From Candidatus Atelocyanobacterium thalassa isolate ALOHA (GTDB taxonomy: Bacteria; Cyanobacteriota; Cyanobacteriia; Cyanobacteriales; Microcystaceae), in NCBI RefSeq assembly GCF_000025125.1, contig NC_013771.1, forward strand, positions 300,001 to 332,000: a stretch of DNA of 32,000 bases. The letters run 5' to 3'. Positions within the stretch are counted from its first letter, which is position 1. Each line of letters begins with the position of its first letter. The notes beneath the pieces are model-generated. The model did no database searches. It saw only the letters and a list, made by a program, of their open reading frames with translations, and was not told the origin of the DNA. Both the position numbers and the translations under genes were made by a program. Of this stretch, positions 28,142-32,000 are shown piece by piece.

Positions 28142-30052
28142 TTACTTAACAATTGATGGTTGAAGAGAGTTAAAGAATTTTTTTCTAATTGTCTCAGCAA
28201 TTTGAGGACTGGTTAATTCTAACTCTGCTTTTGATTCATCAGGAGTAGCATGATCAACTAATTGATCGGGAATTCCAATTCTCTTAATTGGAACTACAAC
28301 ATCAAGATCCATTAAAGCTTCGGTCACGGCTGAACCAAATCCACCCATCAAACAGCCTTCCTCTAGGGTTACTACTTTCCCAATACTTTTAGCGAGTGGT
28401 GCAATCAGATCAATATCTAAAGGCTTAACGAAACGTGCATTGATAACAGTTGCTTCAATACCGTGTTCTTTTAAAATTTCAGCTACTTGTAGTGACTGAT
28501 TAACCATAGTTCCATAAGCTACTAGTAGAATATCATCACCATGACGAAGAATTTCTCCTTTACCAATGGGAATAGACTCCCAACCTTCCTCCATTAAAGG
28601 AACTCCAACTCCACTACCACGAGGAAAACGCATGGCGATAGGACCTGATACATGATTAATACCTGTAACTACCATACGCTGTAGTTCTGCTTCATCCTTA
28701 GGAGCCATTATTGTCATATTCGGTATACAACGTAGATAAGATATATCATACAGGCCCTGGTGAGTAGGTCCATCAGCTCCAACAATTCCTGCTCTATCTA
28801 AACAGAAAAATACAGGAAGATTTTGAATGGCAACATCATGTAAAACCTGATCATATGCTCGTTGTAAAAAAGTCGAATAAATTGCAACTAAAGGACGTAT
28901 CCCTTCGCAAGCTAACCCAGCAGCTAAAGTAACTGCATGTTGTTCAGCAATACCAACATCAATGTACTGTTCCGGCAATTTTGCTTGAAGCTTATCCAAA
29001 CCTGTCCCTGTCGCCATTGCGGCAGTAATACCAATAATTTTTGAATTATTTTGAGCTAAGGTCGTCAAAGTATGTGCAAAAACTTTGGAATAACTGGGAG
29101 GTTTAGGAGTATTAGAAGGTATTGCTTTTCCTGTAGCAAGACTAAATGGACTTTGGGCATGGTAGCCTACTTGATCTTTTTCTGCAATTTCATACCCTTT
29201 GCCTTTGACAGTAGATACATGTACAAAAACAGGTCCAGTGGCTTTATGTGCTTGTTTAAAGGTAGAAATTAATTCTTCTATATTGTGACCATCTATAGGT
29301 CCAAAGTATTTAAAACCTAGTTCTTCAATAACTGCACCAACTTTAGGCATAGCCAAGCGTTTAACGCCTTCTCTTAGCCTTTCCATTTCAGGAGTCAAAG
29401 AGTCACCAAAAAAAGGTAAATGCTTAAATTGCTCTTCGATATTATCTGAAATAAATTGGACAGGATCGCTTAATCTAACCTTGTTAAGGTAGCGAGAAAT
29501 GGCTCCGACATTTGGGGAGATAGACATCTCATTATCATTAAGGACAACCATAAGGCTAGTATTAGGGAGATGACCAGCATGATTAATAGCTTCTAAAGCC
29601 ATTCCTCCAGTCAAAGCTCCATCACCAATAATAGATACTACTTTATAGTTTTCACCTTTATTATCTCTAGCTATGGCCATTCCAAGGCCTGCAGAAATAC
29701 TTGTAGAAGCGTGTCCAGCTCCAAAATGGTCAAATCTGCTTTCACATCTTTTTAAATATCCGGCGATGCCATTTTTTTGACGTAAGGTGTGGAAATTATT
29801 ATAGCGACCAGTTAGGATTTTATGAGGATAGGCTTGATGCCCTACATCCCATATAACTTTATCTTGGTCAAGATCAAGAGTCTGATAAAGTGCGACAGTT
29901 AGCTCTACAACTCCCAATCCTGGTCCAAGATGTCCTCCACTAGCTGCAATAGTTTGTAAATGCTTTTCCCGAATTTGACGAGCAACGTCTTCTAATTGAC
30001 GAACTGGTAGCCCGTGTAACTGATTAGGATGAATAATATCACTTAAATTCAT
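28142..30052 (-). CDS. dxs: 1-deoxy-D-xylulose-5-phosphate synthase
   Basis: It has the [17 protein letters not shown] and [15 protein letters not shown] motifs and the ThDP motif [18 protein letters not shown]...LNDNEMSIS, plus transketolase pyrimidine-binding and C-terminal domains. Length is 636 aa. Confidence 0.95.
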   Translation of the reverse strand: MNLSDIIHPNQLHGLPVRQLEDVARQIREKHLQTIAASGGHLGPGLGVVELTVALYQTLDLDQDKVIWDVGHQAYPHKILTGRYNNFHTLRQKNGIAGYLKRCESRFDHFGAGHASTSISAGLGMAIARDNKGENYKVVSIIGDGALTGGMALEAINHAGHLPNTSLMVVLNDNEMSISPNVGAISRYLNKVRLSDPVQFISDNIEEQFKHLPFFGDSLTPEMERLREGVKRLAMPKVGAVIEELGFKYFGPIDGHNIEELISTFKQAHKATGPVFVHVSTVKGKGYEIAEKDQVGYHAQSPFSLATGKAIPSNTPKPPSYSKVFAHTLTTLAQNNSKIIGITAAMATGTGLDKLQAKLPEQYIDVGIAEQHAVTLAAGLACEGIRPLVAIYSTFLQRAYDQVLHDVAIQNLPVFFCLDRAGIVGADGPTHQGLYDISYLRCIPNMTIMAPKDEAELQRMVVTGINHVSGPIAMRFPRGSGVGVPLMEEGWESIPIGKGEILRHGDDILLVAYGTMVNQSLQVAEILKEHGIEATVINARFVKPLDIDLIAPLAKSIGKVVTLEEGCLMGGFGSAVTEALMDLDVVVPIKRIGIPDQLVDHATPDESKAELELTSPQIAETIRKKFFNSLQPSIVK

Positions 30053-30070
30053 AATGGTTTACTTTATACC

Positions 30071-30114
30071 ATCTTGATTTGGTTGTTATGTTATCTTGAT
30101 TTGATTGTTATATC
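30071..30114. repeat. Tandem 22-bp direct repeat (19/22 identical) in the dxs 5' leader or promoter region
   Basis: The copies are atcttgatttggttgttatgtt (30071-30092) and atcttgatttgattgttatatc (30093-30114). The repeat lies 19-62 nt upstream of the dxs start codon on the opposite strand. Confidence 0.85.
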
Positions 30115-30463
30115 AAATGATAGAATATTTCTTAGATATAGTAACTTTTATTATGTGTATTTAACTTATTTTTTAATCAGTTAAATTTATTTGTGCTATG
30201 TCAAAGATTATTAAACTTATCATTTAGTCATTAATATAAATATATTTGTTGTATTTGTCACATAAAATCATTAATTATGTAAAGTTTAAAAACTTTATTT
30301 ATTTTTTATAATCTGATGGTAATAGCCTTTGACTAGAAGATCAACATCATTTTACCTATTTTTTCTATAGATGACCTAATCTGTACACAATACACTCAAA
30401 TGACAAAGAATATGTAACAATATTAATTCCATACAATATTTAAAGCTTAACTTTTAATTATCC

Positions 30464-30829
30464 ATGACCACAACAAACTCTAATAATCAACATGATAAAG
30501 TACTCAACGCGATGAAAAAGTTTGCTGAACAGTACGCGAAAAGAACAAATACTTATTTCTGTAATGAACCTTCTGTTACAGCGGTAGTTATCGAGGGTCT
30601 TTCTAGACATAAAGAAACACTAGGTTCTCCATTATGTCCATGTCGTCACTATGAAGATAAAGTTGCAGAAGTTAAAAGTACTTATTGGAACTGCCCTTGC
30701 GTTCCTATGAGAGAACGCAAAGAATGTCATTGCATGTTGTTTTTGACATCAGATAATACATTTGCTGGTAAAGAGCAAAAAATTGATTTAGAATTTATTA
30801 AAGAAGTACGAGAAAGTATGTCAAATTAA
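30464..30829 (+). CDS. ftrC: Ferredoxin-thioredoxin reductase catalytic subunit
   Basis: The characteristic CPC...CPC...CHC cysteine pattern (LCPCRHY, WNCPCVPMRERKECHCMLF) ligates the 4Fe-4S cluster and forms the redox disulfide. Length is 121 aa. Confidence 0.9.
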   Translation: MTTTNSNNQHDKVLNAMKKFAEQYAKRTNTYFCNEPSVTAVVIEGLSRHKETLGSPLCPCRHYEDKVAEVKSTYWNCPCVPMRERKECHCMLFLTSDNTFAGKEQKIDLEFIKEVRESMSN

Positions 30830-30834
30830 CAAAT

Positions 30835-31230
30835 ATGATTGCAGAGAATTTTTTGGAAGGAATTAAACAATTCAATCAACAGGAATTTTATGCTTGTCAT
30901 GATACATTAGAGTCTATCTGGATAAAAACAATTGACTTAGATAAACATTTTTATCAAGGCATATTACAGATATCAGTTGGTTGCTATCATCTAATAAATA
31001 ATAATTGGCACGGAGCAGTTACTTTATTAGGAGAAGGAATAAGAAAACTTCGTAAGTATCAACCAAATTATAAAAACGTCAATGTTTCTCAATTTTTAGA
31101 AGAAAGTGAAAATTTATTGACGTATCTTCATGGTGTAAGTCCTGATAGCATTACTGAGATTTCTATGCTTTTAAAATCAGATGCTAAACATTCTTTGTGT
31201 AAACTTCCTTATATTATTATGCTTTCATAG
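30835..31230 (+). CDS. DUF309 domain protein
   Basis: The pattern FNQQEFYACHDTLESIW...FYQGILQISVGCYHL...NWHGAVTLLGEG is typical of DUF309. It starts 5 nt after the ftrC stop. Length is 131 aa. Confidence 0.7.
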   Translation: MIAENFLEGIKQFNQQEFYACHDTLESIWIKTIDLDKHFYQGILQISVGCYHLINNNWHGAVTLLGEGIRKLRKYQPNYKNVNVSQFLEESENLLTYLHGVSPDSITEISMLLKSDAKHSLCKLPYIIMLS

Positions 31231-31563
31231 TATGATACACAACAGTATCTATACTGAGTTTCTAGTTGCTATTTTAGCAATTGCCTTTTAAATATAATAG
31301 ATTAGAAATACTATTAACAAGGGCTTAGTAAGTTTCTAAACAACTATTTAATATAAAAAGAACTTGTTTAAAAATTTTTTTACTTAAAAATATTTTTTTG
31401 CACATTTTTTATAATCTTAAAAATTGCCAAGGCATAGTTTTCCTACTAGATACAAAATTAAATTATATAATTTATATTCGCTATTAATTTAATCTTTTTT
31501 AGAAGATTTATTTATTTTTGATATCAGTTAACAAGACGCACTGAAAAGGTTTAATTTTACAAT

Positions 31564-32000
31564 ATGAACAAAAATAATATGAGAAAAAAACTATATCAAA
31601 AAATTATAATAATTTTTTCAGGCTTAGCATTACTTGGTAGTATGGTTATGGCAACTTTTTCTTTTAAGCAATACTCTCCATCTTCATTATCAAAATCAAA
31701 CACAGAGACAATTTACTCTATTGATGAAAGATTATATTCTATTATTCAAGGATATGAGACTGTTTTAGAAAGGGAACCAAATAATATGACAGCTAAACAA
31801 GGTTTAGAAGAAGCTCTAAGAACTTTAGTTGCTAGTCAAATACAAGCAAAAAATTTGGATAAAACTATTCCAATAATGGAAAAGTTGACAACACTAGTAC
31901 CAGAAAATGATCAATACAGAAACATATTAAAACAAATTAAAAATAATACAAATTCAAATACTAAAACAAAAGATCTAAGTGTTTCTGATTCGGCTAATCC
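31564..32000 (+). CDS. Hypothetical membrane-anchored or secreted protein with TPR-like helical content (3' end lies outside the window)
   Basis: This ORF is not in the supplied track. ATG 31564 is open to the window end (145 codons). It begins MNKNNMRKKLYQKIIIIFSGLALLGSMVMATF (signal anchor), followed by helical LEREPNNMTAKQGLEEALRTLV. Confidence 0.45.
   Translation, partial: MNKNNMRKKLYQKIIIIFSGLALLGSMVMATFSFKQYSPSSLSKSNTETIYSIDERLYSIIQGYETVLEREPNNMTAKQGLEEALRTLVASQIQAKNLDKTIPIMEKLTTLVPENDQYRNILKQIKNNTNSNTKTKDLSVSDSAN

Noticed and set aside
29072-29272. 66-aa ORF antisense to dxs
   Set aside because: It is embedded in the conserved dxs frame.

Overview
This is a very AT-rich chromosomal segment from a cyanobacterium, by eye about one-third G+C or less. 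It is densely packed with housekeeping genes. I support 33 protein-coding genes, two of them cut by the window edges, plus one tRNA-Gln(UUG). Hallmark cyanobacterial genes are psaE, pcyA, vipp1 (IM30), ftrC and the DUF1997, DUF2103 and DUF309 families. Core functions include ffh, yidD, pgsA, tldD, rsmI, dusB, guaA, clpS, mutM, a GyrA-family subunit, a 1-Cys peroxiredoxin, rpmB, cobD, HU and dxs, and there is also a [NiFe]-hydrogenase maturation protease. I found no rRNA, CRISPR array, transposase, integrase, phage gene or recognisable toxin or defence module. I do not see a convincing novel multi-gene system, and the window reads as ordinary core genome. The observations worth a second look are small-scale. 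(1) A one-base frameshift cuts an intact-looking TPR tail off a GT2-TPR glycosyltransferase. (2) A perfect 41-bp-stem palindrome overlaps the guaA stop codon. (3) There are several perfect or near-perfect tandem duplications: 4 x 21 bp inside ffh, 2 x 12 bp inside the hydrogenase protease gene, 2 x 22 bp in the dxs leader, and an ATTTAGAT octamer array in a 645-bp gene-free spacer. (4) The GyrA-family protein has no GyrA-box. (5) Unrelated genes are tightly packed into apparent chimeric operons. The extreme AT bias, the long AT-rich spacers, a single relic HIP1 site, and PSI and hydrogenase genes alongside signs of gene decay fit a genome-reduced, possibly symbiotic, unicellular diazotrophic cyanobacterium. 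That assignment needs a database search I cannot run.
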